A stretch of DNA of 64,000 bases from Candidatus Bathyarchaeota archaeon (GCA_963707955.1 OY970176.1:2112001-2176000), one strand, 5' to 3'. Counted from the first letter of the stretch, positions 29,257 through 39,330 are shown. The notes: generated from the sequence alone by a model not told the origin. Numbers and translations: made by a program.

Positions 29257-29781
29257 TTAGCTTCTTTGACAGTTCTTTCTGTAATATGCCTTCTCAATAT
29301 CTCGTGTGAACACACCGCATTTCTTGGCTTCTTTCCTAAGAACCGTTAGAAGTTTTACATATTCATCAGTAGTGTAATCTGGTCTTTCCCCAAAAAGTTC
29401 TTGATAAATATGAAAATCAAACACACAATAATTTTCTGGGTCATAGAAAGCAAGTATCACGCTAGCAACTGCAACACCTATTCCTTTTTTGAAGCTACGC
29501 AAAAGTTCAATGCGTTCATAGTCGTGGTCTACATCTAAGTTGAAGACACGAGTAGACTTTTCTTTGAGGGCTTGTTCATTGATGCCCTTAATGAGTCTCA
29601 ATTCGTTTGCCCTTATTCTGCCGTCACAATCAAACTTCCACGGTATTATTTCTTCGAGTTGAGATTTCGTCAGAGTCTTTGTCGCTCTTAGTTGGTCACC
29701 TATCTCTTTTTCTTTCTCTATTTCACTTTTCCATTCTTTATTATGTTCATCACGCAACTTGATGATTTCCGAGCAATTCAT
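29257..29781 (-). CDS. Small HhH DNA-glycosylase-fold hypothetical protein
   Basis: L.EIIPWK, KGIGVAVASVILAFYDPENY.VFDFH, YVKLL..LR...RDIEKA. Confidence 0.6.
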   Translation of the reverse strand: MNCSEIIKLRDEHNKEWKSEIEKEKEIGDQLRATKTLTKSQLEEIIPWKFDCDGRIRANELRLIKGINEQALKEKSTRVFNLDVDHDYERIELLRSFKKGIGVAVASVILAFYDPENYCVFDFHIYQELFGERPDYTTDEYVKLLTVLRKEAKKCGVFTRDIEKAYYRKNCQRS

Positions 29782-29887
29782 CAGTTCATCTCACACTTAG
29801 TCTTATTAGAAAAATGTTTCTCACAGGCTTTTGTTGGTTGTTTTCCGTGTTTCTCTGTTCTGCACTTTCAACCTAACTCGAAACATA

Positions 29888-30328
29888 TCAAGGCTTCTGT
29901 CTTTCCATTTCAAGTTCTTTTTTGATTTCTTCTTTGAGTTTTTCTCTCTCTAGGGTTCTTTGATATCGTTTTCCTGCATAGTGTACGACGAGACCAAAAA
30001 GAAGAAGTAGCGCTGAAAAGAAGCCAGCAAAGAAAACCCCTATAATCATATAATTGAAACTTCCCCAATACCAAAGGAGATTGTTCATAACATGATTGTG
30101 AAAATCCAAATAATTAGTCCAAGCGAAATAGGCAGATAGAAGGACCACTAATGCAAGAATAATGGAAAGAAGTACCATTTGAGGAATGAATTTTCTATCG
30201 TTCGAGCGAGGAGCGGGAGGAGGAGGGATAGCCAAACTTTTAACCTCAATAAATCCTTTATCATTTTCTATAGTTTGTTTACCGCTTATAGCATTTCTGC
30301 AATTAAATGCATTGCATTCCTTCTTCAT
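29888..30328 (-). CDS. Hypothetical 2-TM membrane protein
   Basis: Pro-rich segment, two TMs, charged coiled tail; start uncertain. Confidence 0.55.
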   Translation of the reverse strand: MKKECNAFNCRNAISGKQTIENDKGFIEVKSLAIPPPPAPRSNDRKFIPQMVLLSIILALVVLLSAYFAWTNYLDFHNHVMNNLLWYWGSFNYMIIGVFFAGFFSALLLLFGLVVHYAGKRYQRTLEREKLKEEIKKELEMERQKP

Positions 30329-30596
30329 AGCTTCATGTTCTACACTTTCGACATATTCTTTATCATGTCTGATTGATCGATCTTCGATTTGTTATGTTAA
30401 GAATAAGCCTGATTTGAAGAATTGAGTGTCCAGGACACCTTTTTAGACTTAGGGAGATCTTGAAATGAAGCCTTTGATGCTGAAATTAGAAAAAGTGTCC
30501 AGGATTCCAATTGCACTGTGAAAGCCATTGACCCAATTGACCTAAAGAACATTGACCTAAAACTCTTAAATAACAGCTCCTCAAGTGAAAATACGA

Positions 30597-30674
30597 GGGC
30601 CGGTAGTCTAGCTCGGTTAGGACATCTGCTTGACGTGCAGAAGGTCGCCGGTTCGAGTCCGGTCCGGCCCACCA
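30597..30674 (+). tRNA. tRNA-Val(GAC) with encoded CCA
   Basis: GGGCCGG acceptor, TCTGC-TT-GAC-GT-GCAGA, GCCGG-TTCGAGT-CCGGT, CCGGCCC-A-CCA; TATA-like ttaaata at 30566-30572. Confidence 0.93.
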
Positions 30675-30682
30675 AAACATGA

Positions 30683-30790
30683 CCCAAGACGTTTCATCTG
30701 ATTTTGAACACGATTTGGCAACTGAAGAAACATGGATACGCTGAATCCACGTTGAAGGCTTATGATTCCCAAATTATCCGTCAACGCTAA
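30683..30790 (+). pseudogene. Remnant of tyrosine-integrase N-terminal (SAM-like) region next to the tRNA-Val 3' end
   Basis: PKTFHLILNTIWQLKKHGYAESTLKAYDSQIIRQR* resembles the L...GYS.xT+..Y helix of integrase N-domains; position matches tRNA-targeting integrases. Confidence 0.5.
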
Positions 30791-30894
30791 TTCTGGCTCG
30801 TTTAATAGGTATCCAAGCCTTTCTGCCAAGAACGATCTGGAGGTTGCAAGCTTAATTAACGACGTTTGCATGTCAGAATCTTGGGGCTAAGACT

Positions 30895-31815
30895 ATGCCT
30901 AGACTTGTGTTGGATGGGATTTTTGTGCCTCACGTGACACCTTTCAGGCTTGGAGGTCAACTCGACATCAACGCACTGCGGGAATGTGTGAGGTTTTGGC
31001 TGCAAAGCGGCGTCTCAGGATTAGTTCCTTGTGGAAGCAACGGCGAAGCTCCTTACCTTTCTCGGCAAGAAAGAAAAAAGGTCGTTGAAACCGTTCTCGA
31101 CGAGGCCAACGGAAAGGTTCCGGTAGTCGCGGGCACGGGTAGCATGAGCACGCAGGAAACTATCGCCTTAACCAAGGATGCGGCTGACTTAGGCGTGGAT
31201 GCTGCCCTAATAGTGACACCGTTCTATTTCAGACTCACAAACAGAGAAATTCATGAACACTACAGAACAGTCTGTCAAGCCGTGGACCTTCCGATTGTTG
31301 TTTACAACGTTCCAAAGTTCACAGGCTTTTCTCTGGAACCGGCTTCTATTCAGAAACTCTCGTCTGAAAATCAGAGCATAATGGGAGTGAAGGAAAGCAG
31401 CGGAAGCCTTGGCACGATAAGCGAGGTCATAAGATTGCTGGGTAACAGGCTTTCAGTCCTAGCTGGCACAGCCGACGTTGCGCTTCCGACACTTCTAGCT
31501 GGAGGCAGAGGCGCGGTTATAGCAGTTGCAAACGTGTTCCCAACATTGTGCAGTCGAATGTACGCGGCTTTCAAGAATGGCCAATACGAAGAGGCAAGCA
31601 GACTGCAAAACCGCATAACCTTTGCAAACGAGGTGCTTGTTAGAAGAGTTAACCAACTCTCAGCTATCAAAGAAGCGATGAGACTGAACGGAATGCCCGG
31701 CGGCTACCCTCGCAGACCAGCGTTACCGTTAAATGGAGAGGAAAAGAAAACTGTTGAAGCTTTGCTGAAGGAAATAGACGACCCTTCAAATGCACGCGGT
31801 CACCAAAACAGATAA
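30895..31815 (+). CDS. Dihydrodipicolinate synthase-family aldolase
   Basis: VTPF, GSNGE, VAGTG, VTPFY, VYNVP, GVKESSG. Confidence 0.92.
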   Translation: MPRLVLDGIFVPHVTPFRLGGQLDINALRECVRFWLQSGVSGLVPCGSNGEAPYLSRQERKKVVETVLDEANGKVPVVAGTGSMSTQETIALTKDAADLGVDAALIVTPFYFRLTNREIHEHYRTVCQAVDLPIVVYNVPKFTGFSLEPASIQKLSSENQSIMGVKESSGSLGTISEVIRLLGNRLSVLAGTADVALPTLLAGGRGAVIAVANVFPTLCSRMYAAFKNGQYEEASRLQNRITFANEVLVRRVNQLSAIKEAMRLNGMPGGYPRRPALPLNGEEKKTVEALLKEIDDPSNARGHQNR

Positions 31816-31861
31816 GAACTCGTGTATGAACCAACACTGCGTTAAACGGGTGTGAAAAGCT

Positions 31862-32056
31862 GTGCCTGCTGAAATCGTTGATGCCGAACGATTCGTCGCG
31901 ATAAGCGAGCGTGCACACTATTGTGCCGTCAAGAGACTGAAAGAGGTTGTGAAGCTGAAGCTTCGCACGCCGGGCAGGCTTTACACTTTGAAAGTTGAGC
32001 CACTGAAAGCTGAAGAGATAATCAAGAAGCTTCAATGCGAAATCCGCGAAGTATAG
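31862..32056 (+). CDS. rpl38e: Ribosomal protein eL38
   Basis: MP.EI.D...F, VKR...VKLKLRTPGRLYTLKV...AEEI. Confidence 0.88.
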   Translation: MPAEIVDAERFVAISERAHYCAVKRLKEVVKLKLRTPGRLYTLKVEPLKAEEIIKKLQCEIREV

Positions 32057-32424
32057 GGACATTTTGAAGAAATTCTCATGCGTTTTCTACTCCATTTCCC
32101 AAGATACGCTAATCCATCTGTGCTGTCCACCCAATCAAATCCGACTTTGGCCAGTCCTTCAGTTCATTCCTCGACTGTGCAGCTTTGTCACACAAAGTCA
32201 CGCGCAAATTAATACGTAGAGATAGGCTCTATGCACGCGTTGAATAGTAGATTAATCTATTTCGCCATATTGGAACCAACGTTTTCTTTTGGGTTTGGGG
32301 ATAAAACTTTATCCAACAACAACCAACAGGCTGGAAAGCAGGTCTACCTGTCTTGTTCCAGTCATGTCCAAGTCATTAACGTATATTAGGTAATGATGCA
32401 GTTCATGCAATACTGTTCGTTTCG

Positions 32425-32793
32425 TCAATCCTCTTTAGCGCCCGCGCTGGACCTTAGCGGGGATCCGCAGAAAGGACAAAAAGCAAACTCCCCTTCCGGC
32501 AAAGGCTTCGCGCAGTGCGGACATGGAATTGCACTTTTTGATGTCATTGATGCCAACTGTCCCACGAACCTCAGATATACACGCGCGTAATATAGATATA
32601 CGACAAAACCTATCGCGGCGATCACTATCCCGAGAATCCCTAGATTGAACCCGTTTGGAGCAAGCGAAATAGTTGAGAATCCCGCAACAGCCAATACAAC
32701 GCCAACAATGCAGATTAAGAAACCGCCTCTTTCGTTTCGTTTCGCTTCCCTCATCACTTCTTGAAGAAGAGCAATCTTCGCTGCTTCGGACAA
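32425..32793 (-). CDS. Membrane protein with C-terminal zinc ribbon
   Basis: Two TMs, then CPHCAK...FCPFCG; start uncertain (TTG 32793 or ATG 32853). Confidence 0.75.
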   Translation of the reverse strand: MSEAAKIALLQEVMREAKRNERGGFLICIVGVVLAVAGFSTISLAPNGFNLGILGIVIAAIGFVVYLYYARVYLRFVGQLASMTSKSAIPCPHCAKPLPEGEFAFCPFCGSPLRSSAGAKED

Positions 32794-32906
32794 CTTCAGA
32801 ACCTCCAGTGCCACTATAGCAAATTTGAAAATTAAGCGTTTCGCATAAGGCATGCTCTGCTGTGCACGCAGCCAAATCGCGCGCGCGCCAAAACTCCATG
32901 TCCTAA

Positions 32907-34334
32907 CTAAGAACCTGCTGCTAATCGTTTCCTAAGGTATTCGTCTATGGCCTTTGCCGCTTTCTTACCGGCGCCCATGGCACTTATCACGGTTGCTTCG
33001 CCCGTGACTATGTCGCCGCCAGCATAGACGCCTTCAAGGCTGGTCTTGCCATTTTCATCTGCCACTATTGTTCCCCATTTGGTGACTGCTAATCCTTCGG
33101 TTGTGCTCTGAACGATGGGGTTCGGCGTTCTTCCAACGGCAACTATCACCGTGTCAGTGTCCATGATGAACTCTGAACCTTTTACTGGAACTGGTCTTCT
33201 TCTGCCAGATTCGTCTGGGGGGCCGAGTTGCATGCAGATGCACTCCATGGATTTGACCCAGCCTTTCTCATCGCCGAAGAACCTAGTCGGGTTAGCTAAG
33301 AACTTGCACACTATGCCCTCTTCCTCAGCGTTCTCCACCTCCTCGTGCCTAGCGGGCATCTCTTCTCTTGAACGTCGATAGACAATGCACACTTCTTCGG
33401 CGCCGAGGCGCAGTGCAGAGCGCGCAGAGTCCATGGCCACGTTGCCTCCGCCGATGACAACGACGTGTTTTCCGATCCTTATCGGCGTATCATACTCTGG
33501 AAACGCGTAAGCCTTCATCAGGTTCACTCGAATCAAAAACTCATTAGCAGAGTAGATTCCGCCAAGGCCCTCTCCGGGCACGCCTAGAAAGGCAGGCAAA
33601 CCGGCGCCCGTACCTATGAAGACCGCTTCAAACCCCTTCTCCTTGAGAAGCTCTGGAATCGTGTAGACCCTGCCGACGAGGTATCCTAGGCGAAGCTCGA
33701 CACCCAATTTCTGAACGTAATCAGCTTCTGCCTGAACTATTCTTTTCGGCAATCGGAACTCGGGAATGCCATAGACAAGCACACCCCCTGGCAAGTGGAG
33801 CGCCTCAAAAACAACGACCTCGTGCCCAAGCTTTGCCAAGTCAGCGGCAGCGGTAAGCCCAGCCGGGCCAGCACCGACTACGGCGACTTTCTTGCCCGTT
33901 GCCCTCGTTTTCTCTGGAACTTTGACATTACCTGTTTCTCTTTCCCAATCTGCCAACCAACGTTCTAGCCTGCCGATGCTCACGGGTTCACCAACCTTCC
34001 CGAGGACACAGAATTTCTGACACTGGTCTTCCTGTGGGCACACGCGCCCGCAGACCGCTGGCAGACTGTTTTTTTCCTTGAGCTTCTTTGCAGCCTCTTC
34101 GCATTTTCCTTCTCTGAGTAGCCTGATGAAGTCTGGAATGTCTATTTCCACAGGGCAGCCTGCGACGCACTGCGGTTTTGCGCATTGCAGGCACCGATTC
34201 GCTTCAGCTCTGGCCTGCTCCTCCGTATAGCCCAGAGCAACCTCGTTGAAGTTTTTCCTACGAACTTCCGGCTTCTGCTTGGGCATCGGCTCGGCTTCTT
34301 TCTTCACTCTTAGTTTCGGTTTACTTTCCGCCAC
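32907..34334 (-). CDS. GltD/SudA/NfnB-like flavoprotein (glutamate synthase beta-like)
   Basis: EANRCLQC..PQCVAGCPV, CGRVCPQE.QC, GAGPAGL, YGIPEFRLPK, GGGNVAMD, AGGDIVTG. Confidence 0.93.
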   Translation of the reverse strand: MAESKPKLRVKKEAEPMPKQKPEVRRKNFNEVALGYTEEQARAEANRCLQCAKPQCVAGCPVEIDIPDFIRLLREGKCEEAAKKLKEKNSLPAVCGRVCPQEDQCQKFCVLGKVGEPVSIGRLERWLADWERETGNVKVPEKTRATGKKVAVVGAGPAGLTAAADLAKLGHEVVVFEALHLPGGVLVYGIPEFRLPKRIVQAEADYVQKLGVELRLGYLVGRVYTIPELLKEKGFEAVFIGTGAGLPAFLGVPGEGLGGIYSANEFLIRVNLMKAYAFPEYDTPIRIGKHVVVIGGGNVAMDSARSALRLGAEEVCIVYRRSREEMPARHEEVENAEEEGIVCKFLANPTRFFGDEKGWVKSMECICMQLGPPDESGRRRPVPVKGSEFIMDTDTVIVAVGRTPNPIVQSTTEGLAVTKWGTIVADENGKTSLEGVYAGGDIVTGEATVISAMGAGKKAAKAIDEYLRKRLAAGS

Positions 34335-35160
34335 ATGCGCAGTTTCCTTGCATTTCCCACACGCGTGAGCTTAGCCTCTCTTCTGGCAGGAACATCCTCT
34401 GCCTGTTTATCAGCTGGTCAAAATCAACCATGTGGCCGTCGAATTCTGGCCCGTCAAAGCATCCGAATTTCATTTTTCCGTTCACTGTAACGCGGCACAC
34501 TCCGCACATGCCCATCCCATCAATCATTATCGGCGACAAGGTTACAATCGTGGGCAGGCAGTGGGGTTTCGTCATTTCCGACACGTTTTTCATCATCACA
34601 ACAGGTCCCCAAGCCACACAGCGGTCAAACTTCTCCTTTTCAAGAACACGCTTGAGAAAATCGAAGCCCTTGAAGCCCTTTGAGCCATCATCGGTCGCAA
34701 CGTAAGACTTGACGCTGAGGCTCTTCATCTCTTCCTCATAAAAGAGTAGGTCCTTGATTCTCGCACCGACGACCGTGGTCACGCTGTTACTCGCTTCGCG
34801 AAGGGCTTGAACCAGCAACAGCATCGGTGCGACCATCACGCCTCCCGCGACGCAAAGAACGTTGCCGAACTTTCTTATTTCTGAGGGGTTCCCGAGCGGT
34901 CCGGTTATGCTCAGTATGCGGTCACCTGTTTTCAGGCATCCGAGCTGTTTTGTCGTTTTACCGACCTCGTTGAAAGCGATGTTAATCATTCCCTTCTTTG
35001 TGTTGTAGCCAGCTATGTTTAGCGGTATTCGTTCGCCTTTTTCATGTATCATGAGCATTATGAATTGTCCAGGGCGGGTCTTTTCAGCAATTTCTGGGGC
35101 GTGAACTTCGAAGAGCTTGATTTTCGGGGCAAGCTCTTTCTCTGATATGATTTCATACAT
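34321..35160 (-). CDS. SudB/NfnA-like FAD/NAD-binding [2Fe-2S] subunit
   Basis: PGQF, GERIPL, GPLGNP, MIDGMGMCGVCRV, CFDGPEFD. Confidence 0.93.
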   Translation of the reverse strand: MYEIISEKELAPKIKLFEVHAPEIAEKTRPGQFIMLMIHEKGERIPLNIAGYNTKKGMINIAFNEVGKTTKQLGCLKTGDRILSITGPLGNPSEIRKFGNVLCVAGGVMVAPMLLLVQALREASNSVTTVVGARIKDLLFYEEEMKSLSVKSYVATDDGSKGFKGFDFLKRVLEKEKFDRCVAWGPVVMMKNVSEMTKPHCLPTIVTLSPIMIDGMGMCGVCRVTVNGKMKFGCFDGPEFDGHMVDFDQLINRQRMFLPEERLSSRVWEMQGNCACGGK

Positions 35161-36373
35161 GGGCTTTTGCCTCTACCGCTTCTAACCTCAGAGGCGGCAT
35201 CGCAGCTATCTTCTCGTAGAACTCGTCGAGTTTCTTGTTGAATTCGCCGACGCATCGCGGAGAAGTAGTGAAAAGCTCAAAGCGTTCGAGCAGGCCCATC
35301 TTCTTTAAAGCGTCTTTTAAGACAGTGACGTTTCTTTCGGCAGTGTCCTTTCCTTCCTGAAGCTTGCAGTCTTCTGGTGGACACACGGCGGCGATTACTC
35401 CGTCGAAACCGTTCTGCAACGCGTTGATAACGTGGACCGGGTCGAGTGCTTTGAAGCAGGGAATCTCCATAGTTACCGTTTTTTTCTTGAATAGTTGGTT
35501 TTCAAGACCATCCAACGCTTGGAACTCTGACCATTGGCACGCAAAGACTAGGACCAGGGGCGTTATGCCCGCTTCTTTCAGCTTCTTGGCCGATTCTGTG
35601 TAGCGTTTCAGAACGTTTTCAAACTCGAAACCCTTGATTTCAATCGCCTCGTGGGGACAGACTAGAGCACATGCTCCACAGCCCGTGCAGTATTCCTCAA
35701 GTATCCTCGGTGTTGCGAATGGTTCTGCCTCTATTGCTTTGTAAGGGCAAATGAACACGCACTTGTCGCAACCAACACATTTTGTCGTGTCGTAAACCGC
35801 TTTCCTAGAGTGCCTAATGACTGTGAAGGCGTCCTTGGGCAAGCCGAGCTGTTCAAGAACCCCCTTGCCCAGGAGCAGCTTTCTGGTGCTTGTCTTGGTG
35901 CCCTCTTTGAAACGGCAGAAACTGTCCTCACACTGAATGGAAACTACTTTCTTTATGCCACTGTTCAAGACTTTAAATACGAACTCGGCGGGGATGCGTC
36001 CCGCACAGGGCAGGCGCAAAGGGATGTATTTTTTCGTTTTCAACCCTTGTTCTTTAAGGATTTCTTCAACCTCGCACGTTGCTGGCGAGTTTCCCCTGCA
36101 CATCAACACGAGCGTGTCGCTTCTGCATTTTTCCCTCATGTCCTTCACGTATTTGACGAGGCTGTCATAGTCATAGTAGACAATTTGTATCGCCATAACG
36201 GGACAGGCGCTGTAGCATATGCCGCAGACCTGACACTTTTGCAGGTCTATTTCCACCTTGCCCGTCTCCAAGTCTCGCTTTATGGCTTCGTAAGGACAGA
36301 CGGAATGGCAAATGGAACACTTGCTACAGTAGTCTTGGTTGATCGTTACGGCAGACACGCATTCTTCGCTCAT
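35153..36373 (-). CDS. Tandem [2x4Fe-4S ferredoxin + MvhD-like] x2 fusion protein
   Basis: Four CxxCxxCxxxCP motifs; two MvhD-like domains (RLPCAGRI...QCEDSFCRF; FACQWS...IPCFKAL...VCPPEDCKL). Confidence 0.85.
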   Translation of the reverse strand: MSEECVSAVTINQDYCSKCSICHSVCPYEAIKRDLETGKVEIDLQKCQVCGICYSACPVMAIQIVYYDYDSLVKYVKDMREKCRSDTLVLMCRGNSPATCEVEEILKEQGLKTKKYIPLRLPCAGRIPAEFVFKVLNSGIKKVVSIQCEDSFCRFKEGTKTSTRKLLLGKGVLEQLGLPKDAFTVIRHSRKAVYDTTKCVGCDKCVFICPYKAIEAEPFATPRILEEYCTGCGACALVCPHEAIEIKGFEFENVLKRYTESAKKLKEAGITPLVLVFACQWSEFQALDGLENQLFKKKTVTMEIPCFKALDPVHVINALQNGFDGVIAAVCPPEDCKLQEGKDTAERNVTVLKDALKKMGLLERFELFTTSPRCVGEFNKKLDEFYEKIAAMPPLRLEAVEAKAHV

Positions 36374-36485
36374 TTCAATGTTTCTCCAGCATTTGCCAGC
36401 GGTCCTTTACGGTGGAGCTGGGAATGAAAGACCCTAGAAAGTTTGGAAAGGAGTTCGGGGCGATATATTAGTTTTGGAGCATTCT

Positions 36486-37418
36486 TTACCTTTTGTAATA
36501 TGGTCTGCGGATGAAAGAATAAGCTTCAAGCGCGGCGGTTATGCCCTGTCCCACTGCTGTCCCAACCTGTTTAACAGGATGGTTTGTAACGTCACCTGCC
36601 GCATAAACCCCTTCAATGTTCGTGTGCTGCAACCCATCGATTATAATGTAGCCGTCTTCGTCAACTGATACACCCGCCTCTCCGGCCCGCTGACTGTTCG
36701 GGGCTTCACCGACTTGGACGAAGACACCGTCAACGGGCAACTCCTCGGTTTCACCGCTCTGCTTGTTGACCAGGCTGACTTTTTTGACCATTTTTTCGCC
36801 GATGATCTCCTTGACCTCAGTGTTCATGAAGACTTCAATGCTCTTGACGTTTTTCAGTCCCTGAACTAGGGCATCCTCAGCGCGGAAGGCATCCCTGCGA
36901 TGTGCAACCTTGACCCCGCAGCCGATATGAGCGAGATAAAGAGCCGTTATCAGGGCCGAGTTGCCGCCTCCTACGACTAAGACTGTTTTTCCCTTGAAGA
37001 ACGGGCCGTCACAGAGTCCACAGTAACTTACTCCTCTTCCTCGAAACTCTTTTTCACCTGGAATGCCGAGCTGGCGATAATAGCTTCCAGAAGCGATTAT
37101 CACCGCATTGGCTTCGTAACTCGCCTTTTCGGTCTCAACGGTCTTCTTTTCAGGGTTAAGGCTCAGTCTCACGACTCTTTCAAACTCGTTGATCTTCGCA
37201 CCTGAACTCTTGGCATGAGCTGCCATTCTCTGTGCAAGTTCGGTTCCGCTTATGCTTTGAAAGCCCGGGTAGTTCTCTACCCATGGAGCGTCTACAGTCG
37301 TGCCGCCGGCGATTTTCTCCTCCAGAATGAGAGTCTTAAGACCGCTTCTTGCCCCGTAGATCCCCGCTGACAAACCAGCAGCACCTGCACCGATGATTAT
37401 CAAATCATAGCTTTCCAT
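36486..37418 (-). CDS. trxB: Thioredoxin reductase
   Basis: GAGAAGL, ENYPG, GVSYCGLCDG, GGGNSA, HRRD, AAGDVT. Confidence 0.93.
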   Translation of the reverse strand: MESYDLIIIGAGAAGLSAGIYGARSGLKTLILEEKIAGGTTVDAPWVENYPGFQSISGTELAQRMAAHAKSSGAKINEFERVVRLSLNPEKKTVETEKASYEANAVIIASGSYYRQLGIPGEKEFRGRGVSYCGLCDGPFFKGKTVLVVGGGNSALITALYLAHIGCGVKVAHRRDAFRAEDALVQGLKNVKSIEVFMNTEVKEIIGEKMVKKVSLVNKQSGETEELPVDGVFVQVGEAPNSQRAGEAGVSVDEDGYIIIDGLQHTNIEGVYAAGDVTNHPVKQVGTAVGQGITAALEAYSFIRRPYYKR

Positions 37419-37789
37419 GCCGAAACCCCTCCAAGACAGGCTGATCTGCTTGTTGCATGTTTATGAAGCATTCGCATCCTTAGCGTGTGCCCGTTTCACT
37501 TGATCACTAACGTTTCTTCATGGATGCACGGCTGCCCTTTCCTCTAGTCTCTGAGCAGCAGCTTGATTCCTATTTTCCGCGGGCGTCATCGTTGCAGCGT
37601 TCAATTGAGAAGTGAGGTGTCTTGGAGAAACCCTTAGCATTCCATGTTTCGTGTCTTGCCTCGCCTAGCACGTCTGCCCGTTCGGTTTTTCATGTTTCTA
37701 ACAGTTAGAGTGGCGGAATCCTACAAATCAGGAGAGATAAAATGCTAAATAGTGGCTCGTAAAGGTAGACAAGACGGTAGAGGGTTGAC

Positions 37790-38023
37790 ATGAAGCTCAA
37801 TGCTTTTGTGTTGATAAACGTGAACTTGGGCTGTGAAAATGACGTGTTGAAAGCTCTGAAGAGCGTCCAAGGTTTTGATGAAGCCTTCGTTGTTCTGGGT
37901 GACTATGATATAGTTGCAAAATTCACCGGAAGAACGATGGACGAGCTTAACCAGAGCGTAACGCACATCAGAAAACTTCAGAATGTCAGGTCGACAGCGA
38001 CGATGATTACGCGTGAGCCCTGA
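37790..38023 (+). CDS. Stand-alone Lrp/AsnC ligand-binding (RAM) domain protein
   Basis: AFVLIN...V...GDYDIVAK...IRKL.NV.ST.TMI. Confidence 0.85.
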   Translation: MKLNAFVLINVNLGCENDVLKALKSVQGFDEAFVVLGDYDIVAKFTGRTMDELNQSVTHIRKLQNVRSTATMITREP

Positions 38024-38121
38024 TTTGCTCGCGTGGAGCAGACGGGTCGCACCTGGTTCAGTCTCGACGTAACTGATTGATTTTGAAAGTAGTCGTCACA
38101 GGAAGCGAAATAGACGCCTCG

Positions 38122-39264
38122 CTACAGGGCAAGTGTGAGAAGCTCTGCTATGTCCATGATCTGAATTTTGCCCTCGACGCCCGTAGTCTTTACGGCGTCT
38201 TCAAAGGTTAGTAGGCAGTAGGGACAGGCCACGGCTAGGATGTCTGCTCCAGCTTCAACGGCATCTTTCACGCGTGTTTCCGCTAAACGTTGGCCTGGAA
38301 TGTCAACCCACATTCTTCCACCTCCGCCCTCGCAGCAGACGCTTCTGGCTCTGGAACGGTCAAACTCCAGCAGTTTGACGCCTGGAACGCTCTCAATGAC
38401 TTTTCTCGGCTCGTCGTAGATGCCGTTTTGCTTGCCCAAGAAGCACGGGTCATGGTAAATGACCTTCTTGTCGACTTCTTTACAGAAGGTCAACTTCTTT
38501 TCGTCGATCAGCTTGGCGAGAAGTTGAGAGTGGTGAAGAGGTTCGAAGCTTGTCTGGTTGTATCTCTTCTTGAAAGCGTGATATCCGTGAGGACAGCTTG
38601 TTACAACTTGCTTCACGTTGTACTTGTTGAACGCTTTCATGTTCTCCTCAACTAGAAATTCGAAGAGCCCTTTCTCACCCATGCCATAAACTTCGCTTCC
38701 GCAGCAGTTCTCCTCGTCGCCGAGGATTCCAAAGTTCAGTTCTGCCTTTTCAAAGCATTTTGCGAGGCTTTTTGGCACGTTTTGGACGCGTGGATCGTAG
38801 GCTGATGTGCAGCCGACAAAGAAAAGGATTTCTGCACCCTGTGAGATGGGTTTGATGTTTAGTCCTTGCATCCATTCAGAGCGTTTGTTGCGCATTCTTC
38901 CCCAAGGGTTGCCGTTCTTGAATATGCTCTCTAAAGCGTCTCGAATCGTAGGAGCAATTTGACCCTCTTCAACCGCCATGCCGCGGATGTCGATCAAGAA
39001 CTCGTACGGGTTGAGTTCCTTGGGGCAGCGAACACCGCACGTGCTGCATGTTGTGCAGCTCCACAATTCATTCTGTGGGTGCTGGGTCAACTTGCCCAGC
39101 GTGGCGACTTCGCGCATGTACTTTCTGACGTTCAAGTTGGCCTTCTTCGCAACAGGACAGCTTCCTGTGCACGTTCCACACTGGATACATTCAAGAAGTT
39201 TATGTTTCTGAGTGAGCTCTTTAGCGTTCATGTCGTCCATCGCTTTTTGTTGAAACGGGAGCAT
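38122..39264 (-). CDS. HdrD/GlpC-like Fe-S oxidoreductase (2x4Fe-4S + two CCG domains)
   Basis: CIQCGTCTGSCP, CTTCSTCGVRCP, GNPWG, FVGC, ENCCG, YHDPCFLG, CCEGGGG, ACPYC; start may be 39240. Confidence 0.9.
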   Translation of the reverse strand: MLPFQQKAMDDMNAKELTQKHKLLECIQCGTCTGSCPVAKKANLNVRKYMREVATLGKLTQHPQNELWSCTTCSTCGVRCPKELNPYEFLIDIRGMAVEEGQIAPTIRDALESIFKNGNPWGRMRNKRSEWMQGLNIKPISQGAEILFFVGCTSAYDPRVQNVPKSLAKCFEKAELNFGILGDEENCCGSEVYGMGEKGLFEFLVEENMKAFNKYNVKQVVTSCPHGYHAFKKRYNQTSFEPLHHSQLLAKLIDEKKLTFCKEVDKKVIYHDPCFLGKQNGIYDEPRKVIESVPGVKLLEFDRSRARSVCCEGGGGRMWVDIPGQRLAETRVKDAVEAGADILAVACPYCLLTFEDAVKTTGVEGKIQIMDIAELLTLAL

Positions 39265-39330
39265 AAGGTTATTAAAGCGTTTTCCCGTGAATCATCTAAA
39301 ATCGTTCATGAACGAGGTAGATTTCCGCCG

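Larger units (their letters stand above)
24116..30596. mobile_element. AT-rich accessory island between tRNA-Ser and tRNA-Val
   Basis: Visibly AT-richer than the flanks; unrelated stand-alone genes in mixed orientation; recurring intergenic repeat; integrase remnant just past tRNA-Val. No intact recombinase seen. Confidence 0.55.

Noticed and set aside
30397-30871. Minus-strand ORFs 30397-30687, 30486-30680 and 30617-30871
   Set aside because: Antisense translations of tRNA-Val (GRTGLEPAT-type artefact).
38959-39330. N-terminal extension of the hdrA ORF
   Set aside because: It overlaps the opposite-strand HdrD-like gene; HdrA homology starts at ATG 39331.
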